From Candidatus Uhrbacteria bacterium (GTDB taxonomy: Bacteria; Patescibacteriota; Patescibacteriia; UBA9934; GWF2-40-263): a DNA stretch of 64,000 nucleotides. The DNA lies in contig JAPLZK010000004.1 of assembly GCA_026395055.1 (NCBI GenBank), forward strand, positions 209,432-273,431. The letters are read 5' to 3'. Below, piece by piece: positions 47,472 through 56,331 of the stretch; the first letter of the stretch is position 1; each line of letters starts with the position of its first letter. Both the position numbers and the translations under genes were made by a program. The notes under the pieces are model-generated. The model had not been told where the DNA came from and made no database searches. It worked only from the letters and a program-made list of their open reading frames with translations.

Positions 47472-48776
47472 ATGTCGAAAGTGGGAAATGTCCAAGGGGA
47501 CAGGCAAGTTGTGTCCGAGCTCGATCTGCATAATCCGCAGTTCGAACGGCGGTCATTCGTTCTTCGGATGCGTGGGTCAAAGGAACAGGAACTCACCATG
47601 CGTTTGCAGGTGCTCGTTCCGCACTCGATGTATTTGGTTCTCGAAGATGGCTATGGCCTGAAGTCGGGGCAGGTGCTCGTGCGCAATTTGGAGATGATGC
47701 GTCGACTCGGTTGCGCAGATGCTCCCTATGACAAGCAGATGTTCGTGCGTTACGACAATTTATTTGATGCGTGTCGCGCAATGTCGCGGTTGAATCCGAC
47801 TTACAAGGCGGAGGAGATTCCGACGATTGAAGCGTGGCAACGTGACCTCGATGGTCTCATGGAACTTACGTGGTCGCTCGAAGTGAAGGATGTTCAGGGG
47901 CAAAACGAGTACAAGACGCGTGCGTTTCAGGCTGTTGCGCCTCACGTAAACGTGGTCAACGTTCATAAGGTAGCGGCGCGCGAGCAGCATGGTCGCGCAT
48001 CAAAGCTCGAGGATCGTTCTGGTCGATTCAATCCGCATCGGTTGCCGCTCATGTTGCTTTCTGTCGACGTCGCTCTTTGGAAGCGGATTCGCGAAGCGCG
48101 TGGTATCGGACACCGTATGGATTTCCGTGCGATGGTGCTCGAGTTGTACATTCATAAGCTCTCGGAGATGGTGGAGGTTACGCGACTCGATCTGGCTCAG
48201 AAGCTCCGCAAGAACGGAGTGTTCGGGTTCGGGCCGAATCGTACGCCGCGTAAGGTGAGTGAAGTTGCGAACCTGTTGTATGCGACGGAAAAGCATTTGC
48301 GTACGCTTACGGCACGTCCGTTCTCGCGTGTGTTTCGAAACGTGGCAAAGGATCTTTCGGAAGCAGCGTCGTTGATGGAAGATGGAGCCACGAATCGTGC
48401 GCCGTCGAAGACCGACGAAGCAAAGCTCTTGTATGTGCATCGCGCGTATCGTTCGCTCGTGCTTGTGCAGAAGCGCTATTTGATTCAGGAAGTCTTGACG
48501 ACCGTTGCGGCGATTCATCACCGCAAGGAAGTCTTGTCCGATGAAGCGATCCAGGTCGCGAAGGATGTCATCGAAGCGTTCCTTGCGGATACCGCAAAGG
48601 ATGAACCGTTCACGAATGAACCGTTCGAAAAGGATTTCCGTCGTCCAGTTTTGCCTCGCGTGCGTGAACATCTCGCAAAGGCTCTCGAGCACCTGAACCT
48701 TGTGCGCGCCGAACCGCTCGGTGAACATACCAAGCATGTGCGCACTGAGCTGAAGTCTGCCGTCGCTCCACTCTAG
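47472..48776 (+). CDS. hypothetical protein, 434 aa, GC-rich, no recognised domain
   Basis: AAGGAGG SD 7 nt before the ATG at 47472. A terminator follows the stop. The antisense ORF 48000..48737 is judged spurious. Confidence 0.6.
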   Translation: MSKVGNVQGDRQVVSELDLHNPQFERRSFVLRMRGSKEQELTMRLQVLVPHSMYLVLEDGYGLKSGQVLVRNLEMMRRLGCADAPYDKQMFVRYDNLFDACRAMSRLNPTYKAEEIPTIEAWQRDLDGLMELTWSLEVKDVQGQNEYKTRAFQAVAPHVNVVNVHKVAAREQHGRASKLEDRSGRFNPHRLPLMLLSVDVALWKRIREARGIGHRMDFRAMVLELYIHKLSEMVEVTRLDLAQKLRKNGVFGFGPNRTPRKVSEVANLLYATEKHLRTLTARPFSRVFRNVAKDLSEAASLMEDGATNRAPSKTDEAKLLYVHRAYRSLVLVQKRYLIQEVLTTVAAIHHRKEVLSDEAIQVAKDVIEAFLADTAKDEPFTNEPFEKDFRRPVLPRVREHLAKALEHLNLVRAEPLGEHTKHVRTELKSAVAPL

Positions 48777-48847
48777 ACACTCACGAATCTCTCATATGAG
48801 GTTCGTTTTTTATTATCCCCTCATGTCTTTTCCACCCCTCGTGCCTC

Positions 48848-48856
48848 TGTTACAAT
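48848..48856 (+). promoter_or_regulatory. extended -10 (TGtTACAAT), 9 nt upstream of the uvrD/pcrA ATG (leaderless)
   Basis: No SD between the -10 and the ATG at 48866. Confidence 0.4.
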
Positions 48857-48865
48857 AGGCCTGTT

Positions 48866-50977
48866 ATGAAAGAAATTATCCTCAAGGATTCGGTTGCATT
48901 CGACTCAAACATTGATTATCGCAAGGAATTGAATGAAGAACAGCTCGCGGTCGTGGAAAACGGCGACGGGGCGTGTTTGGTATTGGCCGGAGCAGGATCG
49001 GGCAAAACACGAACGATTACCTATCGTGTTGCCTACCTTCTCGAACGTGGCGTCTCACCGCAGAATATTTTGTTGTTGACGTTCACGAACAAAGCATCAA
49101 AAGAAATGCTCGCGCGCGTCGAGCAACTTCTCGGCTCCTATCCAAAAGGATTGTGGGGTGGAACGTTTCACTCGGTCGCGAATCGCATTCTTCGCATGTA
49201 TGCGGACGCGATTGGCTTCACGCAAAACTTTACGATTCTCGATAGTGAAGATTCTGAGTCGCTCATCAAAACGATTTTAAAAGAATTGAATGTCGACACA
49301 AGTGAGCGCAGATTTCCATCTGCATCAAAACTCAACTCGATTCTAAGTTACGCACGCAATGCCGGTCGATCAGTGAAACAGATCGTCGAGGAAAAACATG
49401 AACACTTCTTCGATTTGATCCCAACCATTCAGCGTATCGGTGAAGTTTATGAATTGCGCAAACGACAAGCGGACGCCATGGACTTTGATGACTTGCTTAT
49501 TCGTCTTCGCGATCTTCTTGTCCAGAATCCCGTTGTGCGCGATCGCCTTGCCACGCAGTTTGAATATGTTCTTGTGGATGAGTATCAGGATACGAACGTG
49601 CTTCAGGCACAACTGATCGCCATGCTCGCAAGCGTGCATAAAAATATTCTTGTCGTGGGTGACGATGCGCAGTCTATCTATTCGTTTCGTGCCGCCGAAA
49701 TTAAAAATATTTTATCGTTTCCAGATCAGTATGGAAGTGCAAAGACGTTTAAGTTAGTAACAAACTATCGTTCCAGTCCGGAAATTCTCTCCATCGCAAA
49801 CGAGTCTATTCACAATAATCGCAATCAATTTAAAAAAGATTTAACGGCTGTTCGAGAAAGTGCAGAAAAACCACAGCTTATTCCTGCAGCAAACGCACAA
49901 CAAGAATCGCAATTTATTTCGCAGCAAATCATTACGTTGCGTGACGCAGGGACGCCTCTTCGCGAGATTGCTGTGCTTTTTCGCGCCGCCTTCCACTCGC
50001 AAGCATTGGAGTTCGAGCTGATGCGCAGAGATATTCCTTATGAATATCGTGGCGGACTCAAGTTTTTCGAGAGAGCACACGTGAAAGACATTGTGATGCA
50101 TTTACGCCTCAAGGCGAACTTAAAAGATGAAGTAGCATGGATGCGGGTACTCGGATTGCAGACCGGTATCGGACTTGTGACCGCACAGAAGATGATTCAA
50201 CAGATTCATGGATTTGAATCCCTCGAAGAACTTGTCGAACATCCCATTGGAAGCGGCGCACGCGCATCGGCCGGATGGAAAACGCTTTCGACAACATTAA
50301 AAAAATTTACAACGCAATCAACTCCCTCAGAGTTGATTCGTACGGTTGCATCGAGCGAGTATCGAGCTTATCTCGAAGCAGAATACCCAGACTTCAATGA
50401 TCGTTGTGAAGATATTGAGCAGTTTGCGGTTTTCGCCGAGCAGTACAAAGATCTCACAACATTTTTGACGGATGTTTCACTCACGGCGGATTACGGAATC
50501 ATGACAGAGGAAACACATGGCGATGAAGAGCGATTGATTCTCTCAACCATTCACCAGGCAAAAGGACTCGAGTGGGACGCGGTGTTCATTATGAGTCTTG
50601 TTGATGGAAAGTTTCCAAATGGACGTGCGCTTGAAGAACGAGACGGTCTTGAAGAAGAACGTCGTTTGTTCTATGTCGCAACAACCCGCGCAAGAAAATA
50701 TCTTTACTACACGTACCCGCTCGTCTCTGGAACCGAATCACTTTTGTTCAACCAGCCATCGATGTTCCTTCAAGAACTTGATCCTGCTATGATGGAAGAG
50801 GTGAAATTAAAACGCGAGGTCGCAAAAACAACTTCGTGGAACACAACCGAATGGGATTCCTCCACCTGGGATTCGTCCGACAGTGATGATGGCCCCGCGA
50901 TTGTTCTTGATGATTTGGGGGAAGAGGTAAAGAAGAAGGGAATAAAATCAAGCGGGAGTTTTTTGAGGGATGTCTAG
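48866..50977 (+). CDS. ATP-dependent DNA helicase, UvrD/PcrA/Rep family
   Basis: Helicase motif I GAGSGKT at the N-terminus and UvrD-like motifs through the C-terminus. Confidence 0.9.
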   Translation: MKEIILKDSVAFDSNIDYRKELNEEQLAVVENGDGACLVLAGAGSGKTRTITYRVAYLLERGVSPQNILLLTFTNKASKEMLARVEQLLGSYPKGLWGGTFHSVANRILRMYADAIGFTQNFTILDSEDSESLIKTILKELNVDTSERRFPSASKLNSILSYARNAGRSVKQIVEEKHEHFFDLIPTIQRIGEVYELRKRQADAMDFDDLLIRLRDLLVQNPVVRDRLATQFEYVLVDEYQDTNVLQAQLIAMLASVHKNILVVGDDAQSIYSFRAAEIKNILSFPDQYGSAKTFKLVTNYRSSPEILSIANESIHNNRNQFKKDLTAVRESAEKPQLIPAANAQQESQFISQQIITLRDAGTPLREIAVLFRAAFHSQALEFELMRRDIPYEYRGGLKFFERAHVKDIVMHLRLKANLKDEVAWMRVLGLQTGIGLVTAQKMIQQIHGFESLEELVEHPIGSGARASAGWKTLSTTLKKFTTQSTPSELIRTVASSEYRAYLEAEYPDFNDRCEDIEQFAVFAEQYKDLTTFLTDVSLTADYGIMTEETHGDEERLILSTIHQAKGLEWDAVFIMSLVDGKFPNGRALEERDGLEEERRLFYVATTRARKYLYYTYPLVSGTESLLFNQPSMFLQELDPAMMEEVKLKREVAKTTSWNTTEWDSSTWDSSDSDDGPAIVLDDLGEEVKKKGIKSSGSFLRDV

Positions 50978-50994
50978 AATGTAAAATAAAATGT

Positions 50995-51420
50995 ATGGAA
51001 CAGAATATTCGTGTTGGTGCCGGAGCCATTGTGATAAAAGACGGAAAGACTCTTCTTGCAAAACGGAAAGGTTCGCATGCGAGTGGTTCATGGGGATCGT
51101 TTGGTGGGCATGTGGATTTTGGTGAACATCCAACAGAAACGGTGAAACGAGAGGCAATGGAAGAATTAGGAATCGAAATTGGGAATTTTAAATTCATGAC
51201 ATGCATGAGTTTTGTGAAAGATGGAAAACAGTATTTGGATGTTTCGTTTGTTGCAGAGCATCTTTCCGGAGAACCAACCATCTGTGAACCAGATAAAATT
51301 GAAGAAATTGGTTGGTACGCGCTTGATGATTTGCCAACTCCACTGTTTGAACCTGTACGTATTGTTCTTGAGGCGATGAAAACAGGACAGACGTATTTTG
51401 AAGGCGCAGGTAACGAATAA
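50995..51420 (+). CDS. Nudix hydrolase
   Basis: Nudix box GG.V...E....T..REA.EELG. Confidence 0.8.
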   Translation: MEQNIRVGAGAIVIKDGKTLLAKRKGSHASGSWGSFGGHVDFGEHPTETVKREAMEELGIEIGNFKFMTCMSFVKDGKQYLDVSFVAEHLSGEPTICEPDKIEEIGWYALDDLPTPLFEPVRIVLEAMKTGQTYFEGAGNE

Positions 51421-51422
51421 AT

Positions 51423-52565
51423 ATGAACTACTCAGAACAATCCCTCATTGAGCATAAAAAATATCACGGTAAGCTTGAAATTACTTCGACGTTTCCTCTT
51501 GAAACGCGCGAGGATCTTTCGGTTGCATACACGCCAGGTGTTGCGGAACCATGCCGCGTGATCGCAAAAAATAAAGAGCTTGCGTACGATTACACCATTA
51601 AAGGCCGATCGGTTGCCGTCGTTACAGATGGATCTGCCGTACTCGGACTTGGCAACATTGGACCAGAAGCTGGATTGCCTGTGATGGAAGGCAAAGCGGT
51701 TTTGTTTAAGCGATTCGCAAACATCGATGCGTATCCAATTTGTCTTGCCACACAAAACGTGGACGAAATTGTTGCGACGGTGAAAAATATTGCGCCAGGA
51801 TTTGGTGGAATTAATCTCGAGGACATATCGGCACCGAACTGTTTTGAGGTTGAACGAAGATTAATTGAAGAACTCGATATTCCCGTCATGCATGATGATC
51901 AGCATGGAACAGCTGTGGTTGTTCTTGCAGGATTATTGAACGCGCTCAAATTGGCCGATAAAAAAATTGAAGATGTCCATGCGGTTATTTCAGGAGCAGG
52001 CGCGGCAGGGATGGGAATTATTTCTCTTCTCATGGAGGTTGGATTGAAACGTATCGACATGATTGACTCGAAAGGAATGATTGCCGAAGGGCGTGAAGGA
52101 ATGAATGTGTATAAAGATACGCTTGCGGCCAGAATCAATCCAGAAAAAAAGACAGGCTCGCTTGCGGATGCGCTCAAAGGTGCAGATATTTTTATTGGAG
52201 TCAGTCAACCAAACATTGTTTCGATCGAAATGATTCAATCCATGAATACAAAGCCCATTATGTTTGCGATGGCAAATCCGATTCCAGAAATTATGCCAGA
52301 CCTTGCAAAAGAAGCCGGTGCATTCATTGTCGCAACGGGACGATCCGATTTTCCGAATCAGGTAAATAACGTTCTCGCGTTTCCTGGATTGTTTAAAGGG
52401 ATGCTTGATGGTCGCATACGCAAATTTACTCCAGCGATGCGTATTGCGGCGGCTCGTGCGATTGCAGGAATGGTTCTTGAACCATCAACGGAGAAAATTT
52501 TACCAACACCATTTGAGCATGGAATTGCAGAAGCGGTTGCAAATGCTGTCCGATCATCTGTCTAG
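51423..52565 (+). CDS. NAD(P)-dependent malic enzyme, short form
   Basis: LSVAYTPGVA, Rossmann GAGAAG and malic-enzyme family homology. Confidence 0.88.
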   Translation: MNYSEQSLIEHKKYHGKLEITSTFPLETREDLSVAYTPGVAEPCRVIAKNKELAYDYTIKGRSVAVVTDGSAVLGLGNIGPEAGLPVMEGKAVLFKRFANIDAYPICLATQNVDEIVATVKNIAPGFGGINLEDISAPNCFEVERRLIEELDIPVMHDDQHGTAVVVLAGLLNALKLADKKIEDVHAVISGAGAAGMGIISLLMEVGLKRIDMIDSKGMIAEGREGMNVYKDTLAARINPEKKTGSLADALKGADIFIGVSQPNIVSIEMIQSMNTKPIMFAMANPIPEIMPDLAKEAGAFIVATGRSDFPNQVNNVLAFPGLFKGMLDGRIRKFTPAMRIAAARAIAGMVLEPSTEKILPTPFEHGIAEAVANAVRSSV

Positions 52566-52568
52566 TCT

Positions 52569-53138
52569 ATGAAATATCGTTCTTCGTACAAAGGGTTACA
52601 ACAACGTCGTCCACCAGCTTTTGCTCGGTCTGCGAGTAAAATAAACATTCGGATGTTTGCGGTGGTTGCTGGATTTATCTTGTTGTTTGCGGGATCTTTG
52701 TTTCTTTTTCGTAATACGAAACACGAGAAGCCAGCAATGGTGTCGAATACGGTTTCGACAACAGATACTGCGATGGTGATTCCGGCAACACTTTCAAACC
52801 CAGACGCAACGCTGCTTGGATTGTCAACACATAAACCTGTCGGAACAGCAACGCGGGCAATTGTGAACGGGCTTTTTCATATGAACATGAGCGCGACGCT
52901 TCCGGGGATTGATCGTGCATCACAATTTTATCAAGCCTGGATCGTGCGACCTGTTCCGTATGACTATGTGTCGGCCGGTGAGATGGTAACAAACGATCTT
53001 GGATCGTTTGTTCTCGACTGGAATGGATCAAGTGACAAGGATTATTCTGGATATACGGATTTGGTTATTACACTTCAGGCTCGAGGGGGCGATATAGATC
53101 CTCAAATACATGTTGTGGAAGGGGAGTTTGGGAAATAA
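52569..53138 (+). CDS. hypothetical membrane-anchored protein
   Basis: Single N-terminal TM. Confidence 0.5.
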   Translation: MKYRSSYKGLQQRRPPAFARSASKINIRMFAVVAGFILLFAGSLFLFRNTKHEKPAMVSNTVSTTDTAMVIPATLSNPDATLLGLSTHKPVGTATRAIVNGLFHMNMSATLPGIDRASQFYQAWIVRPVPYDYVSAGEMVTNDLGSFVLDWNGSSDKDYSGYTDLVITLQARGGDIDPQIHVVEGEFGK

Positions 53139-53147
53139 TATTCTTAT

Positions 53148-53420
53148 TTGAATGATATGTCAGAATTTCATGAAGGAATGTCTCTTGTTGAGCAGGCAAA
53201 AGATTGGTTGGCAATTGCGCAAGAGTTGGATGAACTTCAGAGAAAAGAAAATGATGGAAGAGGAGTCAGTTGTGTTAGAAATGCATTGACGTATTTGAAG
53301 ATGGGAGATATAGAATCTGCTCAAACCGTCTGTTCCACAGATTGGGATAAGATTCGGAACTATCCTGAACTTGCAAAAGCACTTGAGGAAAAATTAATGG
53401 GTAAAAAGATGGATGATTAA
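53148..53420 (+). CDS. hypothetical small protein
   Basis: 90-aa ORF with no recognisable motifs. Confidence 0.45.
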   Translation: MNDMSEFHEGMSLVEQAKDWLAIAQELDELQRKENDGRGVSCVRNALTYLKMGDIESAQTVCSTDWDKIRNYPELAKALEEKLMGKKMDD

Positions 53421-53425
53421 TGTTG

Positions 53426-54631
53426 TTACAGTTCATGGTCGTAGGCTAATCCGCTCGCTCGTTCCTGAAATACAATTGGCAAAAGAGAAGCGCGTGTCCA
53501 TGCGTCAGATCCGTAACGCGATTGAATTTTATCGAGTGCCGAAAGAACAGAAAGATGTTTCTGTTCTTTTTTAAATAAAGAGTTTGGAGCGGATGCGTGC
53601 GAGAGATGCGAGGTGCTGATACCAAGGAGGCGAACTGGTTTGCCTTTGTCGCGGACGATCTCGACCAAGCGCCAGGCGAGCTCGAATAACTGAAATCCAT
53701 CTGCGGTGGCTTCTTGAAACACATGTTGCTTGCTGTTGCTTGAAAAATCACCATAACGAACACAGATGGAGACCGCATTTGCAACAAACCCGTCTCTGCG
53801 CATGCGCCACGCCACTTTTTCGCACATGCCAAGCAAATAGCGCTGCATAAGCACAGGATCGAATGTGTCTTTTGGGAGTGTATAGGAATGTCCGATAGAT
53901 TTTGGATCTACTTCTTCTGAGGAAACTTCGAACGCTTCTCTACCATGCGCGGCTTCATGAAGCCAATAGCCGTATGAATCAAATTCGTCGACGAGTTCTT
54001 CTAAAGGGAACTCGCGAAGTTTTTTGAAATTCATGATGCCAAGATCGTTGAGTCGCGCGCCCATGCGTGAGCCGATGCCACAGAGGTCTGTCAGTTTTAT
54101 GGAATCAAGCCTTGTGATTGCGTCTTCTTCTCGGGTGAGGGTGATTCCGTTTGGTTTCACAAGATCGCTTGAGAGTTTTGCGAGAAGCTTATTTGGCGCA
54201 AGTCCGATGGATGCGGTGATCCATTCCCCACACTCCTCTTTGAGACGTTCTCGCAGTCGTTGTGCGAGACATACGGCACCAAACCAGTCTTTGGCTTGGT
54301 CGGTAATGTCGAGAAACGACTCATCTACACTGAATTCTTGGACGAGTGGAGTAAATTCAAAAAATAATTTGTTGAACCTGTGTGTAATCTCCGAGTACTT
54401 TTCAGGATCACCTGTGATTAAAATGAGACTCGGACAAATCTTTTTTGCTTCCCAGGTGGACATGGCGGTTTTGACACCAAGTTTTTTTGCCTCAATGGAT
54501 GCGGTTGCAACAATTGATCGTTCTGACCGTTTGCCCGTGATTCCGATTGGCTTCCCACGCAAAAACGGATTCGCTTGTTGTTCTACAGAAGCGAAGTAGC
54601 TATTCATGTCGATGTGGAGGATGATTTGAGA
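53426..54631 (-). CDS. dinB: DNA polymerase IV (Y-family)
   Basis: ILHIDMNSYFASVE and Y-family palm and finger motifs. The start was moved to MSQIIL. Confidence 0.88.
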   Translation of the reverse strand, partial: SQIILHIDMNSYFASVEQQANPFLRGKPIGITGKRSERSIVATASIEAKKLGVKTAMSTWEAKKICPSLILITGDPEKYSEITHRFNKLFFEFTPLVQEFSVDESFLDITDQAKDWFGAVCLAQRLRERLKEECGEWITASIGLAPNKLLAKLSSDLVKPNGITLTREEDAITRLDSIKLTDLCGIGSRMGARLNDLGIMNFKKLREFPLEELVDEFDSYGYWLHEAAHGREAFEVSSEEVDPKSIGHSYTLPKDTFDPVLMQRYLLGMCEKVAWRMRRDGFVANAVSICVRYGDFSSNSKQHVFQEATADGFQLFELAWRLVEIVRDKGKPVRLLGISTSHLSHASAPNSLFKKEQKHLSVLSALDKIQSRYGSDAWTRASLLPIVFQERASGLAYDHEL

Positions 54632-54669
54632 CATGGATCGAAACACGCCCAAAAAGGGCGTGTTTATGT

Positions 54670-54915
54670 TTATGAGCTATAGACTTCGACTAGGTGCCAC
54701 TCGAGGGTTTCGCTATCGAGTCTCAGTTTAAAATAATTCGCAATATCTGAGACAGAAAAGTAAAAGATTTTTTTCTGGCCTTCACGAGCGGTGTGAACAA
54801 GGTTCACGTTTTTGATGGAGTAGTTGCGATCGTTCCAGCGCATGTGGAGAGGGCGAACACGGCGATCTGCAAAGGTTGCGAGAACGTCTACGGAATCATG
54901 AAGAATGTTATGCAT
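54670..54915 (-). CDS. hypothetical small protein upstream of dinB
   Basis: 81-aa ORF. May be a Y-polymerase accessory factor, but that is speculation. Confidence 0.45.
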   Translation of the reverse strand: MHNILHDSVDVLATFADRRVRPLHMRWNDRNYSIKNVNLVHTAREGQKKIFYFSVSDIANYFKLRLDSETLEWHLVEVYSS

Positions 54916-55133
54916 AAAATTTTTTGTTTAAGTTTTTAAAAATATGGCGTCGTAAGATTTTTTTCATGCGCCGACCACTCACCGCGGCAAAAATGGATAA
55001 ACGTTTTTTTGGAGCAGGTTTATAACGACGTGCGATGGAAACATATGCGGGTTCACGATAGCCGAGGGCGTAAGTGGGCATAGGCGGGAGGGTTAGAAAG
55101 ATTGGAAGAATTTTGAAAGAAAAGAGAGGCGGT

Positions 55134-55418
55134 TTAAACAGGTGAGAGAAAATTCAGCTCATCCGCAAGTTCTAGGATTCTTTTTTGAAGAATAGATTCA
55201 GGATCCTGGATGTCCAATGTCTGAAGAACATCACAGAGCCCAATAAAGATATTTGCGATCCGTCTTTCAATCTCTTCCGTGTCTTTGTTTCTGATATAAG
55301 CGGTGGAAAGTTTGGTTGTTGCTTCATAAAGACCAAGAATCGCATCTCGAACATCGCGTTTGCCTTCTTCTTGGATGAGGATCTGACCAATTTGTAGGTT
55401 GAGTTCATTTAATGACAT
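55134..55418 (-). CDS. hypothetical small helical protein, possibly a MazG-like NTP pyrophosphohydrolase (tentative)
   Basis: 94 aa with a paired E-rich helix pattern. Confidence 0.4.
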   Translation of the reverse strand: MSLNELNLQIGQILIQEEGKRDVRDAILGLYEATTKLSTAYIRNKDTEEIERRIANIFIGLCDVLQTLDIQDPESILQKRILELADELNFLSPV

Positions 55419-55529
55419 AGCTCGCGAGGTTATGGATTAAAATTTTGGCAACAAAAAACAAGCAGAGGAAAAGTGGTCGAGAATCAGCTGTGACCCTTCG
55501 ACAAGCTCAGGGTGTAATGCCTGCGGGCA

Positions 55530-56168
55530 TTACACGGGCTGGAATTTTCGAATCACGGCACGAACGACTCCTTGAATAATACAGTCTTGAACGTAAATAG
55601 GATCCATGGTTTTGTTTGCGGGTTGTAAGCGAATGCGGGATGGTTCACGGTAAAATCGTTTGAGGGTTGCAAAGGCATTGTCGAGAAGAGCAACGACGAC
55701 TTCGCCGTTGCGTGGAGATGGATTGCGCTCAATGACGACGAAGTCTCCGTCTAAAATTCCGTCTTCGATCATGGATTGGCCTTTGATTTTGAGAACGTAG
55801 GAGTTTGCACCGTCTAGGACAAAGCTTGCGGGGACGGCCATGGTTTCGTTGTCGTTGATGGCTTCTATAGGTTGTCCGGCGGCGATGAGTCCCATCATGG
55901 GCAAATTCACGACATCTGCGGAAAGTCGGAAGCCTCTGTGGATAGGTTCGGCTTGGGGGACGAGTTCAATGGATCTAGCTTCGCCTTCTTCTCCGATACG
56001 GATCATGCCTTTGTCTACAAGGCTTTGGATGTGTCCATGCACGGTTGCGGAAGAGGAGAGGCGAAAGTGTTCACCGATTTCCCGGTAGGACGGGGCGTAT
56101 CCGCAGTCATCAAGGTGTTTTTTGATGAATGCGAGAACTTCGTTCTGCTTTTTTGTTAAGTTACTCAT
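55530..56168 (-). CDS. lexA: LexA repressor
   Basis: N-terminal wHTH, AG cleavage site (LIAAGQPIEA), S24 peptidase Ser and Lys (GQSM, KRF). Confidence 0.9.
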   Translation of the reverse strand: MSNLTKKQNEVLAFIKKHLDDCGYAPSYREIGEHFRLSSSATVHGHIQSLVDKGMIRIGEEGEARSIELVPQAEPIHRGFRLSADVVNLPMMGLIAAGQPIEAINDNETMAVPASFVLDGANSYVLKIKGQSMIEDGILDGDFVVIERNPSPRNGEVVVALLDNAFATLKRFYREPSRIRLQPANKTMDPIYVQDCIIQGVVRAVIRKFQPV

Positions 56169-56207
56169 ACGTGTGTGGGGAAGTATTCCCGTTTGCGAAA
56201 TTTAATC

Positions 56208-56249
56208 GTTCGCGTTATGTTCGTATTCTAAACCGAACAAAAAGCGAAC
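56208..56249. promoter_or_regulatory. candidate LexA operator: two GTTC-N7-GTTC direct-repeat boxes in inverted orientation (56208-56222 and 56235-56249)
   Basis: gttcgcgttatgttc on the plus strand and gttcgctttttgttc on the minus strand. Located 40 nt upstream of lexA and about 85 nt upstream of metK. Confidence 0.5.
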
Positions 56250-56331
56250 GCAAGAAGGTGTATGTGGATAAGTCTGAATCGATAAGAAAGAGTTGGAGAT
56301 TGAGTCAAAATTTGTTACTCTGTGCGCACTT

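Noticed and set aside
48000-48737. 245-aa minus-strand ORF antisense to the 434-aa hypothetical
   Set aside because: The plus-strand ORF is longer and has an AAGGAGG SD, a promoter and a terminator. The antisense frame is an expected by-product of the elevated GC.
56169-56331. SAM riboswitch upstream of metK
   Set aside because: No SAM-I or SAM-II-like conserved helices or kink-turn elements were found. The region is instead dominated by GTTC-N7-GTTC repeats consistent with a protein operator.
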